Assembly (NCBI GenBank): GCA_963840455.1
Contig: CAWIYV010000014.1
Coordinates: 64,001 to 128,000, forward strand
Direction: 5' to 3'
Source of the DNA: Nitrospirota bacterium
GTDB taxonomy: Bacteria > Nitrospirota > UBA9217
Length of the DNA: 64,000 nt
Below the pieces are notes generated by a model. The model was not told the DNA's origin and searched no databases. It saw nothing but the letters and a program-made list of their open reading frames with translations. A program made the translations under genes and the position numbers. Shown here one piece after another: positions 1 through 10,245 of the stretch (position 1 is its first letter; each line of letters opens with the position of its first letter).

Positions 1-2517
1 ATCAGCTCTCCGGGCGTGAACACAGTGAATCCTGGCAGCAGCAAAAAATTCACGATCACGCCTACTGCCGGGTATCATGTTGCCGATCTGCTAGTTGATG
101 GAATGTCACAGGGAGCGTTGAGTTCATACACCTTTACGAATGTGACCGCGAATCGTACTATCTCGGCCATATTTGCGGAGAATGCCTGGTTCCTGATCAA
201 TGCCAGCGCAGGGCTGAACGGTACTATCTCGCCGTCGGGCATGGGATCTGTGCTGGCCGGCACCAACCAGAAATTCACCATTACGCCGGCAACAGGGTAC
301 CGTGTGGCTGATGTGAAGGTTGACGGGATATCTGTGGGTGCGCTAACCTCATACACATTCAACAGTGTCCAGACAGCCCATACGATTGGTGCGTCCTTCA
401 CGCTGAATGTCTATACCATCACAGCCGCAGCAGATGTGAACGGCAGCATCACGCCGTCGGGTACGGTAACGTTGAACCCTGGAGGCAACGGAGCCTTCAC
501 AATTGCGCCGAATCCAGGGTATCAGATTTCTGGCGTGATCGTGGATGGCGTTCAGAAGGGTGCCATAACCAGTTATTCCTTTACAAACGTCTCAGCGAAC
601 CACACCATCAACGCCTACTTCAAGGTGATGACCTTTACCATAATGGCAAGCGCTACGACCGGTGGCGGCATCAGCCCGGCGGGCATTCGTATCGTGAACT
701 ATGGGATCAACCAGACCTATATGATCACCCCGACCGTGGGATACACTACAGTCGACGTCCAGGTCGATGGGGTTTCACAAGGCGCAGTGGCTACGTACAC
801 TTTCACGAACGTAACGGCGAACCACACGATAGCGGCAACTTTTACAACAAACTCCTCGAACACCATCACAGCCAGCGCGGGGCCGAATGGCACTATATCG
901 CCAACCGGCTCGGTGTCAGTACTGAGCGGAGCGTACAAGAAGTTCACCTTCACACCGAATGCAGGCTACCGCGTGGCTGATGTGCTCGTAGACGGAGTAT
1001 CGGTGGGCGCCAGGACCTCGTACACGTTCAACAGCGTCACGTCGGATCACACGATCAGCGCGTCCTTCACGCTCGATGTCTATACCATCACTGCGACAGC
1101 GGATGTCAATGGGAGCATCACGCCGTCCGGTACAGTAACAGTGAATAAAGGTGTCAGTCAGACCTTCATGATTACCCCGAGTGCGGGATTCCAGGTGCGT
1201 AGCGTGATTGTCGATGGTGCAAACAACGGCTCCGTGACCACCTACACCTTCACGAACGTCACGGGGAACCATAAAATCGATGTGTTCTTCATGGTGACAC
1301 CATTTAACCCTCATGGCACACTTGATACCACATTCGGCACCGCTGGCAAGGTGACTACGGCAATCGGGACCAACTATGAACTTGCTGCTGCTGTGGCGAT
1401 TCAGACCGACCGCAAGATCGTGACAGTAGGAACTTACAACGGCAGCGGCAACTATGAGTTCGCTCTTGTCAGGTACAATAGCGATGGAAGCCTCGACACT
1501 TCCTTTGGTTCTTCCGGCAAGGTGACCACGTCGATCGGGGACGGTGATGACTTCGCTAATGCAGTGGCGATTCAGACTGACGGCAAGATAGTGGCTGCAG
1601 GGGTCGCTAAGAGCGGTAACCAAAATTCTTTTGCCCTTACCCGATATAACACCGACGGAAGCCTCGATACTTCCTTTGGTTCTTCCGGTAAGGTGACTAC
1701 GGCATTTGGGATCTTTGATGACCACGCTTATTCAGTGGCAATCCAGACTGACGGCAAGATCGTGGCAGCGGGGTATGCAGATATAATTGGCAGCCAAAAT
1801 TCTTTTGCTCTTGCCCGATATAACACAGACGGAAGCCTCGATACCTCCTTTGGTTCGACCGGCAAGGTGACCACGTCGATCGGGGGTGGTTTAGGTTCTG
1901 GTGCGTATGCAATGGCAATCCAGACTGATGGCAAGATCGTGACAGCGGGTTTTGCTAATGACGGCGTCAAAAATTCTTATGCTCTTATCAGATATAACAC
2001 CGACGGAAGCCTTGATACTTCCTTTGGTTCTTCCGGAAATGTGATTACAGCAATCGGGACAAGTTATGATTATGCTAATGCAGTGGCAATCCAGGCTGAC
2101 GGTAAGATCGTAGCAGCAGGGAGTGCAAATAACGGTGCAAGAAATAATTTTGCTCTTGTCCGGTACAATAGCAACGGGAGCCTCGACACTTCCTTTGGTT
2201 CTTCTGGCAAGGTGACTACGACAATCGGGAGTAGTGATGACTTAGCTTTTGCAGTAGCGATTCAGAAAGACAGTAAGATCGTGGCAGCAGGCTATGCTAT
2301 GAACGGCAGCCAAAATTCTATTGCCCTTATACGATATAATACCGACGGAAGCCTCGATACTTCCTTTGGTTCTTCTGGCAAGGTGACTACAGCAATTGGT
2401 ATCAGTAATGATGTGGTTTATGGAGTGGCAATCCAGAGTGATGGTAAGATCGTGGCAGTAGGACAGTCCGACAACGGCAGCAACTTTGATTTTGCCCTTG
2501 CGCGCTACATGCCGTGA
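1..2517 (+). CDS. Large surface protein, 5'-partial: ~6 InlB-B-like/Ig-like ~74-aa repeats plus ~7 C-terminal delta-60 repeats
   Basis: Frame is open from base 1. Repeats ITA.A..NG.I.P.G...V..G....FTITP..GY.V..V.VDG...G....YTF.NV...HTI.A.F run to ~1290, then GSLDTSFGSSGKVTT / AVAIQTDGKIVAAG / FALxRYN repeats typical of delta-60. Confidence 0.85.
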   Translation: MSSPGVNTVNPGSSKKFTITPTAGYHVADLLVDGMSQGALSSYTFTNVTANRTISAIFAENAWFLINASAGLNGTISPSGMGSVLAGTNQKFTITPATGYRVADVKVDGISVGALTSYTFNSVQTAHTIGASFTLNVYTITAAADVNGSITPSGTVTLNPGGNGAFTIAPNPGYQISGVIVDGVQKGAITSYSFTNVSANHTINAYFKVMTFTIMASATTGGGISPAGIRIVNYGINQTYMITPTVGYTTVDVQVDGVSQGAVATYTFTNVTANHTIAATFTTNSSNTITASAGPNGTISPTGSVSVLSGAYKKFTFTPNAGYRVADVLVDGVSVGARTSYTFNSVTSDHTISASFTLDVYTITATADVNGSITPSGTVTVNKGVSQTFMITPSAGFQVRSVIVDGANNGSVTTYTFTNVTGNHKIDVFFMVTPFNPHGTLDTTFGTAGKVTTAIGTNYELAAAVAIQTDRKIVTVGTYNGSGNYEFALVRYNSDGSLDTSFGSSGKVTTSIGDGDDFANAVAIQTDGKIVAAGVAKSGNQNSFALTRYNTDGSLDTSFGSSGKVTTAFGIFDDHAYSVAIQTDGKIVAAGYADIIGSQNSFALARYNTDGSLDTSFGSTGKVTTSIGGGLGSGAYAMAIQTDGKIVTAGFANDGVKNSYALIRYNTDGSLDTSFGSSGNVITAIGTSYDYANAVAIQADGKIVAAGSANNGARNNFALVRYNSNGSLDTSFGSSGKVTTTIGSSDDLAFAVAIQKDSKIVAAGYAMNGSQNSIALIRYNTDGSLDTSFGSSGKVTTAIGISNDVVYGVAIQSDGKIVAVGQSDNGSNFDFALARYMP

Positions 2518-2666
2518 TGGATGGCAGCCATTATGATGGGCAACATGCGTGTAACCAATTGTTCATGTCGTGACGATAGGAAGTTCCAAATAGTGCGATT
2601 CTTTCACAGCTTTGACCTTATCACAAGAGACTTGACGGAAGGTCTTATTTCAGGAGGTAAAGGACA

Positions 2667-5600
2667 ATGGTAAAAAGAACATTATTAATCTCCTTCTTAT
2701 GTTTTTTTGCGTATTCAAACTATGCTTATGCTGCCCCTACCTTGACTGATTCGACGAATTACCGAATCGAACTTCTTGCCACAGATATTGGGGCTGTCGA
2801 TGGCCTTACATTTAATAGTTCAGGTGATTTGTACTTTACAGATTATCAGAATTGGAGGGTTTTAAAAATAACAGCACCTTCGCAACCTGGTACTCATTCT
2901 TATGAGGTAGTGGTTGCTACAGGGATTTCCTATCCCGTAGATCTTACATTTAACCAAGAGGGGAGACTATTTGTCACTTCCGATACCAACAATGTTGTTG
3001 AGGTCCTGCCAAATGGAAGTACTCCTATTTATTCGACAGGATATTCTTACCCTAGCGGCATAACATCGTACGGTAACACCCTCTTTGTTTCAAACAGTGG
3101 TAATGGCACTATATCAAAGATAGACTCCCTAGGTAATAGCTCCCTTTTTATTTCAGGATTAAGCTCACCTTATGGCCCCTATCACGCATCAATCGACGTT
3201 TTGGGGAATCTATATTTTGTCGACCATGGTACAGGAAGGCTCTATTCTTCAGACCAGTCTGGGAATATAACATATCTTAATAATTCGGTATCTCCTTTTG
3301 GTGGGACATTCACAGCGGTTGGCCCTAATGGGGATATTTTCATAAGCGACTGCAACGCAGGAGCTGTGTATAAAATCGACAAATCAGGCAATAAGACGCT
3401 TTTTGCTTCGGGATTTATTGGTAAATCAACTCCGCCTGTTATCGGGCCAACAGGCATTGCATTTGATAGCAATGGGAACATGTATATTGCCGATGGCAGT
3501 AATATTTGGAAAATAACAGCGTCAAATTATGTGCTTCATATCGTTTCAAAAGGATCAGGATCCGGCACAATTAATTATTCGACTGACATCTCTGGAAACG
3601 AGTGTATTGGAGATTGCAGTCAGTCGTTCCCGGATGGCACAGTAATTACACTCAATGCAAATCCCACTCAGGATTCATTATTTGCTGGTTGGCTCGGCTG
3701 TGAATCTTTAACTGCCAAGCAATGCACTCTAACAATGTCTAGTGACACGCAGGTTGTGGCATATTTTTCAAAGCGTCTTAATCCAGGCGAAATTGGATTT
3801 GAGCCAACCCAAAATTTCATGACGACAGAAAGAGATCAGCATGCAACAGTCTTACTTCCTGATGGGAAAGTATTGATTACAGGAGGCCGGCACTGGTTAG
3901 GTGTTGCCGATGGAACACCAGTAAATGCTGCTGAAATTTATGATCCTGTATCTCAGACGTTTTCCCCTGCGTTAGGAAGTATGAATATTGCAAGAAGCGG
4001 TCATAGGGCGATATTATTGTCAAACGGGAAGATATTAATCGTTGGCGGAAGCACTACGTCTGAACTATATGATCCAAATACGGGTTTGTTCTCAGTCTCA
4101 GGTAGTGTTATGGCCACAATACCTTATCGTGAAGCTATAGTTCAACTGAAAAATGGGAAGGTGTTGTTAGTGGGGGGCAGTGACTATTTTGTTCCATCGA
4201 CATCAGTAGATATCTATGATCCTGTCACAGACACGATTAGTTCAGCTCCCAATTCAATGAATATAGCGAGAACTTATCCTGATGCGACATTGCTTTCAGA
4301 TGGAAGAGTTTTAATAACGGGTGGAACAGCTTTAGCAACAACTGGTAGTCGCAATAGTAATATTCTCAAAAGCGCAGAGATATATGATCCAGAGCAAGGA
4401 ACTATCACCTTGTTAAGTTCAACAATGACAGTCCCTAGATATTTTCACAGAGCGACATTGCTCAATGATGGTACTGTATTAATTACTGGAGGTTGGTCTA
4501 AAGATCAAAATGGAATCGACAACATTAATACAGATATCGCGGAGATATTTAATCCGAGCAATAATAACTTTGAGCCTATTTCGAATAAATTAACATCAGC
4601 GAGAGGAACTCATACGAGTACGAGATTGCCCGATGGTAAAGTATTGCTCGCTGGTGGAGCAGGGACGGATTATATGGTAAACAATATTGCTGGTGAAACA
4701 GCTGACATATACGATCCAAGTTCGAAAAGTTTTACTTCAGCTCAAATGAGTTTTACACGCAGTATACATACCGCTACCTTGCTGCCAAACCATACAGTTT
4801 TTATATGCGGAGGATTTTTTTACGTAGCCAACGGATACAATACCAATAGTGCTGAAATTTATTATCCTGCTTACTCGGGCTACCTCATCACGGCCACAGC
4901 AGGTAGCCATGGCAGCATCAATCCGTCAGGGATTCTGAATGCCAATGCAGGCAGCAACGCGTCATTCACGATCACCCCGAATGCAGGATACATGGTGTAC
5001 AGCGTGCTCGTCGATGGTGTCCAGAAGGGCGGCATTACCAGCTACACCTTCCAGAACGTGAAAACGGACCATACAATCGATGCTTATTTTAAGCCGATCA
5101 CCTATACCATCACGGCAACAGCAGACGCGAATGGCGCCATCAGCACCCCGGGAGTGAATACGGTGAATCCCGGGAGCAGTATGACTTTTACGATCACGCC
5201 CACTGCCGGGTATCATGTTGCCGATCTGCTAGTTGATGGAGTGTCGCAGGGAGCGTTGAGTTCATACACCTTTACGAATGTAACGGCGAATCGCACTATC
5301 TCGGCCATATTTGCGGAGAATGCATGGATTATCATCAATGCCAGCACCGGGCCGAACGGCACTATCTCGCCATCGGGCAACGGATCTGTGCTGGGCGGCA
5401 CCAACCAGAAGTTCACCATCACCCCGGCTGCTGGATACCGGGTGGCTAATGTGGTTGTTGACGGCGTATCCAAGGGAGCACTGACCTCGTACACCTTCTA
5501 TAGCGTCCAAGCCACCCATATAATCAGCGCATCCTTTGTGCTTGATGTTTACTCCATCACTGCAACTGCCGATGCTCACGGCAGCATAACGCCGTCGGGG

Positions 5601-7463
5601 ACACTGATGGTGAACAGCAGAGATAGTGCCAACTTTACGATCACTCCGGATACTGGATACCAGGTGCAGAGCGTTATCGTTGACGGTGCGAACAGGGGTA
5701 CCATGACGAGCTATACCTTCAACAACGTGATGGCAGACCACACTATCAATACCTATTTTAAGCCTATCACATACACCGTTGCGGCCACAGCAGGAAGCGG
5801 AGGCAAGATCAGCCCGCCGGGCACCAGCACGTTTAATGTTGCCGCCAGCCAGATCTACAGCATCACACCCACTGCCGGGTACCACGTAGCCGACGTGACA
5901 GTTGACGGCGCATCCCAAGGTGCGGTGACGAGCTATACGTTCACGGACATACGGGCAAACCATACTATCTCGGCCACCTTCGCGGCGAATAACGGATACA
6001 CCATCACTGCAAGTGCCAGCGGGAACGGCGCAATCTCACCGTCGGGCAGCGTACCAGTCCTCGCTGGAGCCAACCAGAAGTTCACCTTCACACCGGCAGC
6101 AGGGTGTCGGATCTCTGATGTGACTGTTGACGGAGCATCGGTGGGTGTGCGGACCTCATACACCTTCTATAGCGTCCAGGCGGTACATACGATAACGGTC
6201 ACCTTCGTGCTTGACGTATATACCATCACTGCTGCAGCGGACGTCAATGGGAGAATATCACCGGCGGGCACGATCAAGGTAAATAAGAACGGGAGCCAGA
6301 CCTTCACGATTACTCCGAATGCGGGCTATCAGGTGTCGAATGTAATCGTAAACGGATCAGCAAAGGGTGTGATAACGAGCTATACGTTCATGAACGTTAC
6401 GGCGAACTACACCATCAACGCTTACTTCAAGCCGCTTCCAATAAAGCTCATGGGTGGCTCGGTACAAGGAGTTCAACTTAGTCTTTCAAATGTTGTCACC
6501 ACATTTGCTGGGTCGGCTGGTCTAGGAGGCTCAGCAGACGGCACAGGATCTGCCGCAAGGTTCAACTATCCCTACGGATTAACCGCAGATGGAATAAACC
6601 TCTACGTTGCGGATACGGGCAGCAGTACCATCCGCAAGATTGTTATCTCCACCGGTGAGGTTACAACCCTGGCAGGTTTAGCCGGAATAGAAGGCTCAAC
6701 AGACGGTATCGGATCTTCCGCAAGGTTCGGTGAACCTTGGGGTCTTACCACGGATGGAACGAATCTCTATGTAGCGGATACGCTCAATCAGTCAATCCGC
6801 AAGGTAGTGATTTCCACAGGCGAGGTTACTACGTTGGCAGGTTCAGCAATAGGACCGGGCTGCTCCAATGGCATAGGATCCGCAGCAAGGTTCTATAATC
6901 CTGGATCACTAACCACGGATGGAACAAGCGTCTATGTAATGGATATGTGTGCCAATCTTCGCAAGATCGCAATCTCTACAGGTGAGGTTACTACTCTGGC
7001 AGGTTCATCAAGTCATGGCTATGCTGATGGCATAGGGACCGCCGCAAGTTTTAGTGGTGGTAGTGTAACCACAGATGGAACGAACATCTACGTGTCGGAA
7101 AATGAGAACAATACCATCCGCAAGGTAGTGATTTCCACAGCCGAGGTTACCACCCTGGCAGGTTCCGCTGGCGTAGCAGGCTCAACTGATGGCATAGGAT
7201 CCGCTGCAAGGTTTAATGGTCCTTGGAATATTACTACGGACGGCACGAACCTATATGTCTCGGACATGTTAAATCAGACAGTTCGCAAGATCGTGATTTC
7301 CACCGGAGCGGTTACCACCCTGGCTGGTTCTGTAGGGATCGTGGGATCAAGCGATGGCACGGGACCTACAGCACTGTTTAATTATCCTTGGTCTATTACG
7401 ACGGATGGGCACAGTCTGTATTTGACAGATGGCCACAATCATACTGTACGAAAAATTCAGTAG
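2667..7463 (+). CDS. Secreted multi-propeller surface protein: signal peptide, NHL/SMP-30-like propeller, InlB-B-like repeat, Kelch/galactose-oxidase-like propeller, 7 stalk repeats, C-terminal NHL repeats
   Basis: RBS AGGAGG at ~2652 and signal peptide ending AYA. Kelch-type motifs HxATLLxDGxVLIxGG...AEIYDP. NHL-type motifs GSxDGxGxAARF..P.G.TTDG.NLYVAD. Confidence 0.85.
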   Translation: MVKRTLLISFLCFFAYSNYAYAAPTLTDSTNYRIELLATDIGAVDGLTFNSSGDLYFTDYQNWRVLKITAPSQPGTHSYEVVVATGISYPVDLTFNQEGRLFVTSDTNNVVEVLPNGSTPIYSTGYSYPSGITSYGNTLFVSNSGNGTISKIDSLGNSSLFISGLSSPYGPYHASIDVLGNLYFVDHGTGRLYSSDQSGNITYLNNSVSPFGGTFTAVGPNGDIFISDCNAGAVYKIDKSGNKTLFASGFIGKSTPPVIGPTGIAFDSNGNMYIADGSNIWKITASNYVLHIVSKGSGSGTINYSTDISGNECIGDCSQSFPDGTVITLNANPTQDSLFAGWLGCESLTAKQCTLTMSSDTQVVAYFSKRLNPGEIGFEPTQNFMTTERDQHATVLLPDGKVLITGGRHWLGVADGTPVNAAEIYDPVSQTFSPALGSMNIARSGHRAILLSNGKILIVGGSTTSELYDPNTGLFSVSGSVMATIPYREAIVQLKNGKVLLVGGSDYFVPSTSVDIYDPVTDTISSAPNSMNIARTYPDATLLSDGRVLITGGTALATTGSRNSNILKSAEIYDPEQGTITLLSSTMTVPRYFHRATLLNDGTVLITGGWSKDQNGIDNINTDIAEIFNPSNNNFEPISNKLTSARGTHTSTRLPDGKVLLAGGAGTDYMVNNIAGETADIYDPSSKSFTSAQMSFTRSIHTATLLPNHTVFICGGFFYVANGYNTNSAEIYYPAYSGYLITATAGSHGSINPSGILNANAGSNASFTITPNAGYMVYSVLVDGVQKGGITSYTFQNVKTDHTIDAYFKPITYTITATADANGAISTPGVNTVNPGSSMTFTITPTAGYHVADLLVDGVSQGALSSYTFTNVTANRTISAIFAENAWIIINASTGPNGTISPSGNGSVLGGTNQKFTITPAAGYRVANVVVDGVSKGALTSYTFYSVQATHIISASFVLDVYSITATADAHGSITPSGTLMVNSRDSANFTITPDTGYQVQSVIVDGANRGTMTSYTFNNVMADHTINTYFKPITYTVAATAGSGGKISPPGTSTFNVAASQIYSITPTAGYHVADVTVDGASQGAVTSYTFTDIRANHTISATFAANNGYTITASASGNGAISPSGSVPVLAGANQKFTFTPAAGCRISDVTVDGASVGVRTSYTFYSVQAVHTITVTFVLDVYTITAAADVNGRISPAGTIKVNKNGSQTFTITPNAGYQVSNVIVNGSAKGVITSYTFMNVTANYTINAYFKPLPIKLMGGSVQGVQLSLSNVVTTFAGSAGLGGSADGTGSAARFNYPYGLTADGINLYVADTGSSTIRKIVISTGEVTTLAGLAGIEGSTDGIGSSARFGEPWGLTTDGTNLYVADTLNQSIRKVVISTGEVTTLAGSAIGPGCSNGIGSAARFYNPGSLTTDGTSVYVMDMCANLRKIAISTGEVTTLAGSSSHGYADGIGTAASFSGGSVTTDGTNIYVSENENNTIRKVVISTAEVTTLAGSAGVAGSTDGIGSAARFNGPWNITTDGTNLYVSDMLNQTVRKIVISTGAVTTLAGSVGIVGSSDGTGPTALFNYPWSITTDGHSLYLTDGHNHTVRKIQ

Positions 7464-7572
7464 TTGGATGATCCGAGTTTAGACAGCGACTTTATGATCT
7501 ACCCCTAGCATTGTGCCAATTGGAGAGTTGTCATTCGATTAGATTTTAAAGTAACCATGAACGGGCAGAAAT

Positions 7573-7598
7573 GACCTTATCTCATCCGAGGTAAGGTC
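7573..7598. terminator. Hairpin, probable terminator; near-copy at 8405-8438
   Basis: GACCTTAtCTC-atcc-GAGgTAAGGTC inverted repeat downstream of the CDS. Confidence 0.5.
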
Positions 7599-7842
7599 TT
7601 ACTGTTATTTGCGGGAGAGCATGAGAATCGAACAATATAGATAATATTTTGTTATAACGATGTATTAATTCGTTCGGTTTTGCTAGGTACCCCATAAAAT
7701 ACCCCCATCCTTTTGCGCCCACAGCATCACCGGCGGTGCGATCATATAGCATCTTATTAATTCGAAACACTTACAACTTATGTCATGCTTATCGCCAAAA
7801 AAACTGCCAGGGGTGCTAATCTTACAGTGAAAGGAGAAGTTT

Positions 7843-8256
7843 ATGTTAAAGAGAAGTTGGTTAAGTATTTTGGGTTTATTGCTGTTTGTGATGGCCATCG
7901 TAGCAGGTTGCGGAGGCGGCGGAGGAGGTTCCTCGTCACCACCGGCGAATATAGGTGGTACATGGAGCGGCTCATGGTCAAGTAGCATAGTTGCTCAATC
8001 TGGCAGCGTTGCTGCGACTGTTTCACAGTCTGGCACCACTTTCTCTGGCAACATATCAATAGGCAACTCTCCTTGTTTTTCAAATGGTACTATCACCGGC
8101 GGCACCGTTTCAGGTAATAGGGTCAGTTGGAGTGCCACAGGCATAGGCAATTTTAGTGGAACTGTATCTGGGACTTCACTAACCGGGACCTACTCTGTGA
8201 CCCTAGCCGGCATTTGCTTCGGTGATAATGGAAACTTTTCAGTTACTATCCATTAA
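7843..8256 (+). CDS. Putative lipoprotein, Ser/Gly/Thr-rich beta domain
   Basis: RBS AAGGAG; lipobox VAGC followed by a GGGGGGSS linker. Confidence 0.8.
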   Translation: MLKRSWLSILGLLLFVMAIVAGCGGGGGGSSSPPANIGGTWSGSWSSSIVAQSGSVAATVSQSGTTFSGNISIGNSPCFSNGTITGGTVSGNRVSWSATGIGNFSGTVSGTSLTGTYSVTLAGICFGDNGNFSVTIH

Positions 8257-8404
8257 TTTGGCTTTTTAATACAACCAGAATCCTTTGTCATCGTCAAATC
8301 TTTGGCATTGCAAAATAGTAGGTGTACTCAGCGGAGGCATTGGGCTTATCCGTACCGAAATTGTGCAGTTCGTGTGTCAGTTACATTGAAAGCGATAATT
8401 AAAG

Positions 8405-8438
8405 AAAGGGCCTTATCTCATCCGAGGTCAGGCCTTTT
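8405..8438 (+). terminator. Rho-independent terminator
   Basis: AAAGGGCCTTATCTCATCCGAGGTCAGGCCTTTT. Confidence 0.6.
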
Positions 8439-8611
8439 CATTTACTTTCTGTGCAAAGTTAATTTCCAATAGTTTCATTGTGTCCATTTTGTGTCCAAAC
8501 TGATGTAATCAGTAGAATCAATGTAATAGATGTAAGATCGTATCTGCCTGAAAATGCAAGAGAGTGGGGGAGCAGGCCTAATGTCAAACCCTTACAAAAG
8601 TGATTTATTCA

Positions 8612-8657
8612 CCCTTTCACGGCGATAACGGGGGTTCGAATCCCCCTGGGGACGCCA
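8612..8657 (+). mobile_element. tRNA-Glu(TTC) 3' fragment, att-site remnant (not a complete tRNA)
   Basis: CCCTTTCACGGCGATAACGGGGGTTCGAATCCCCCTGGGGACGCCA contains the TTC anticodon, T-arm and CCA. No D-arm or 5' acceptor strand upstream. Confidence 0.85.
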
Positions 8658-8666
8658 TTCAAATTC

Positions 8667-8700
8667 AGGAGTTAGCCAACGGCTAGCTCCTTTCTTCTTT
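8667..8700 (+). terminator. Terminator after tRNA fragment
   Basis: AGGAGTTAGCC-aac-GGCTAGCTCCT followed by a T-rich tract. Confidence 0.65.
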
Positions 8701-8719
8701 AAAAACGTAGCAGAACGTA

Positions 8720-8803
8720 GTTCCCTGGCGTCCAGAACGTTTACCGCATCCCTCAAGTTCTCCGGTGACAGATGACTATACCGCAGGGTCATACGGAAAT
8801 GCC
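8720..8803 (-). pseudogene. C-terminal remnant of a tyrosine integrase
   Basis: MTLRYSHLSPENLRDAVNVLD matches the catalytic-Tyr C-terminal motif (T.RY.H) of phage integrases and lies next to the tRNA att fragment. No upstream ORF. Confidence 0.7.
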
Positions 8804-8948
8804 AGTTAAAACTACCTCTTTGCTTACCTGCCCAGATTGCTACTGCATGTATTTTAATACTTCAACAATATAAGGCAGGAGAGATAGGACGTGATAGAAG
8901 CCTCATTTCAAGGTTCGGAATACACCTAGAAAACAAACAAATAAAGTA

Positions 8949-8977
8949 TTGACAAAATATATAGTTCAGTATACAAT
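8949..8977 (+). promoter_or_regulatory. Sigma70-type promoter
   Basis: TTGACA-17 bp-TACAAT upstream of the 9148 CDS. Confidence 0.6.
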
Positions 8978-9147
8978 TATCCACAATGGAATCACTTTCT
9001 GCATACCTGCTGCCTGGAAGGGACTAATATCAACGCATGAAATATATTGCGGAGATCAAGTCAGGTCCATTCAGTGAAGGCCTTAGTTAACTCTGACAAA
9101 CTACTAGCATTATAACTTCGTATCATGAAGAAAGGAGCAATGAAACG

Positions 9148-9603
9148 ATGAAAATCATCTCGATAATCATAATCTGTGCCATTTTTGTGTCTGGGTGTGC
9201 ATCAATGTTTCATGGTACTAAAGATACCGTCTATGTTAGAAGTAATGAGCCAGAAACTACTTTTTACGCTAACAATCGTGAAATTGGTAAAGGGACCAAT
9301 GCAGTTGTAACTATTTCGAAAAATAAACTTGATTCTACAATATTGCGAGCAGAAAAAGCAGGTTGCAATGAAAAAACAACAGCGATAGAAACCGAATTTG
9401 ATGCAACGACTCTTCTTGGTATATTGATTGATTGGGGCATTATTTCGATACTTGTTATCGATTTTGGTGTAAATGGAGCTACAAGCAGAGTCGCACAAAA
9501 CGACTATGTCCTGACCCCAGAATGTGTGAAGCCATCCCAGAAGCTAATTCAACCAGCATTGCAACCTCAGCCCCAGGTATCGCAGCAGCCTGCGCAGATG
9601 TAA
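9148..9603 (+). CDS. Putative lipoprotein (PEGA-like N-terminal region)
   Basis: Lipobox VSGC, then ASMFHGT...V.S.EP; hydrophobic C-terminal segment; RBS AAGGAG. Confidence 0.75.
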   Translation: MKIISIIIICAIFVSGCASMFHGTKDTVYVRSNEPETTFYANNREIGKGTNAVVTISKNKLDSTILRAEKAGCNEKTTAIETEFDATTLLGILIDWGIISILVIDFGVNGATSRVAQNDYVLTPECVKPSQKLIQPALQPQPQVSQQPAQM

Positions 9604-9654
9604 TTTAACAAAATCAGGGAATAAGATATATCACATAAATATAAAGAATTATTC

Positions 9655-9680
9655 GGGTCTGGGAAACCAGACCCTTTTTT
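9655..9680 (+). terminator. Rho-independent terminator
   Basis: GGGTCTGG-gaaa-CCAGACCC-TTTTTT. Confidence 0.8.
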
Positions 9681-10001
9681 ATTCCTCATCATCCTGTTTC
9701 TTTGTGGTATCAGAGGCTGATGATGCTGATTAAGCGTTGGTTTTGCTCCTTCATGAGTTATCTATTTTTTAGACCAACCATTCAGGCTGATTCATACAAG
9801 GAGAATCACCTCTTCATGTAATCGCACAGTACGATGTACTAAACAATGTTATAACGTAACAAAAACGTGACTGAAGCTAGCTTACCGTCTAGAATAACTG
9901 GAAAATACTGGACTGGATAGAAGTAGATAAATCGTTGATTATCGCTAATAAATAGAAAAACTCAGGTAAGAGGCACATTTAGTAAAATCGTTCAGTTTCA
10001 A

Positions 10002-10245
10002 CTTTCACGGCGATAACGCGGGTGTAAACGCTCAGATGAAGAGGCTTCGCGCTTCGTCGTTCAAGGTAGAAAAAAATATTAGGTATGCCGGTTGCTCCGG
10101 CATGTACGATCGAATCCAGGAGCGAGCGCATTCCCCGTTAGCTTGCTAGGGGGGTTAGCGAGCGATTAGGATAAACAATCTTCCCTGAGGATCGAAGATT
10201 CCCTGCAGCTCTCAGCAGGGAGCTTCAATCCCCCTGGGGACGCCA
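10002..10245 (+). mobile_element. Second, interrupted tRNA-Glu 3' fragment (att remnant)
   Basis: CTTTCACGGCGATAACGCGGGT at 10002-10023 and AATCCCCCTGGGGACGCCA at 10227-10245, separated by ~200 bp. Terminator AAAGAGCTGCCGA..TCGGCAGCTCTTTTT at ~10255-10285. Confidence 0.75.
10112..10228. repeat. ~115-bp two-hairpin element (PATE/MITE-like), copy 1
   Basis: GAATCCAGGAGCGAGCGCATTCCCC...GAGGATCGAAGATTCCCTGCAGC...GCAGGGAGCTTCAA. Confidence 0.8.

Noticed and set aside
1300-2500. CRISPR-like regularly spaced DNA repeats (GGAAGCCTCGATACTTCCTTTGGTTCTTC)
   Set aside because: These are in-frame coding delta-60 repeats with a ~170-bp period and homologous 'spacers'; no cas genes are present.
1-7463. 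Diversity-generating retroelement acting on the surface proteins
   Set aside because: No reverse transcriptase in the window, and the differences between repeats are not adenine-specific.
8612-8657. Functional tRNA-Glu gene
   Set aside because: Only the 3' 46 nt are present; there is no D-arm or 5' acceptor strand.
8977-8985. DnaA box TTATCCACA as an origin signal
   Set aside because: A single copy in AT-rich DNA, with no box cluster or dnaA; may be chance.
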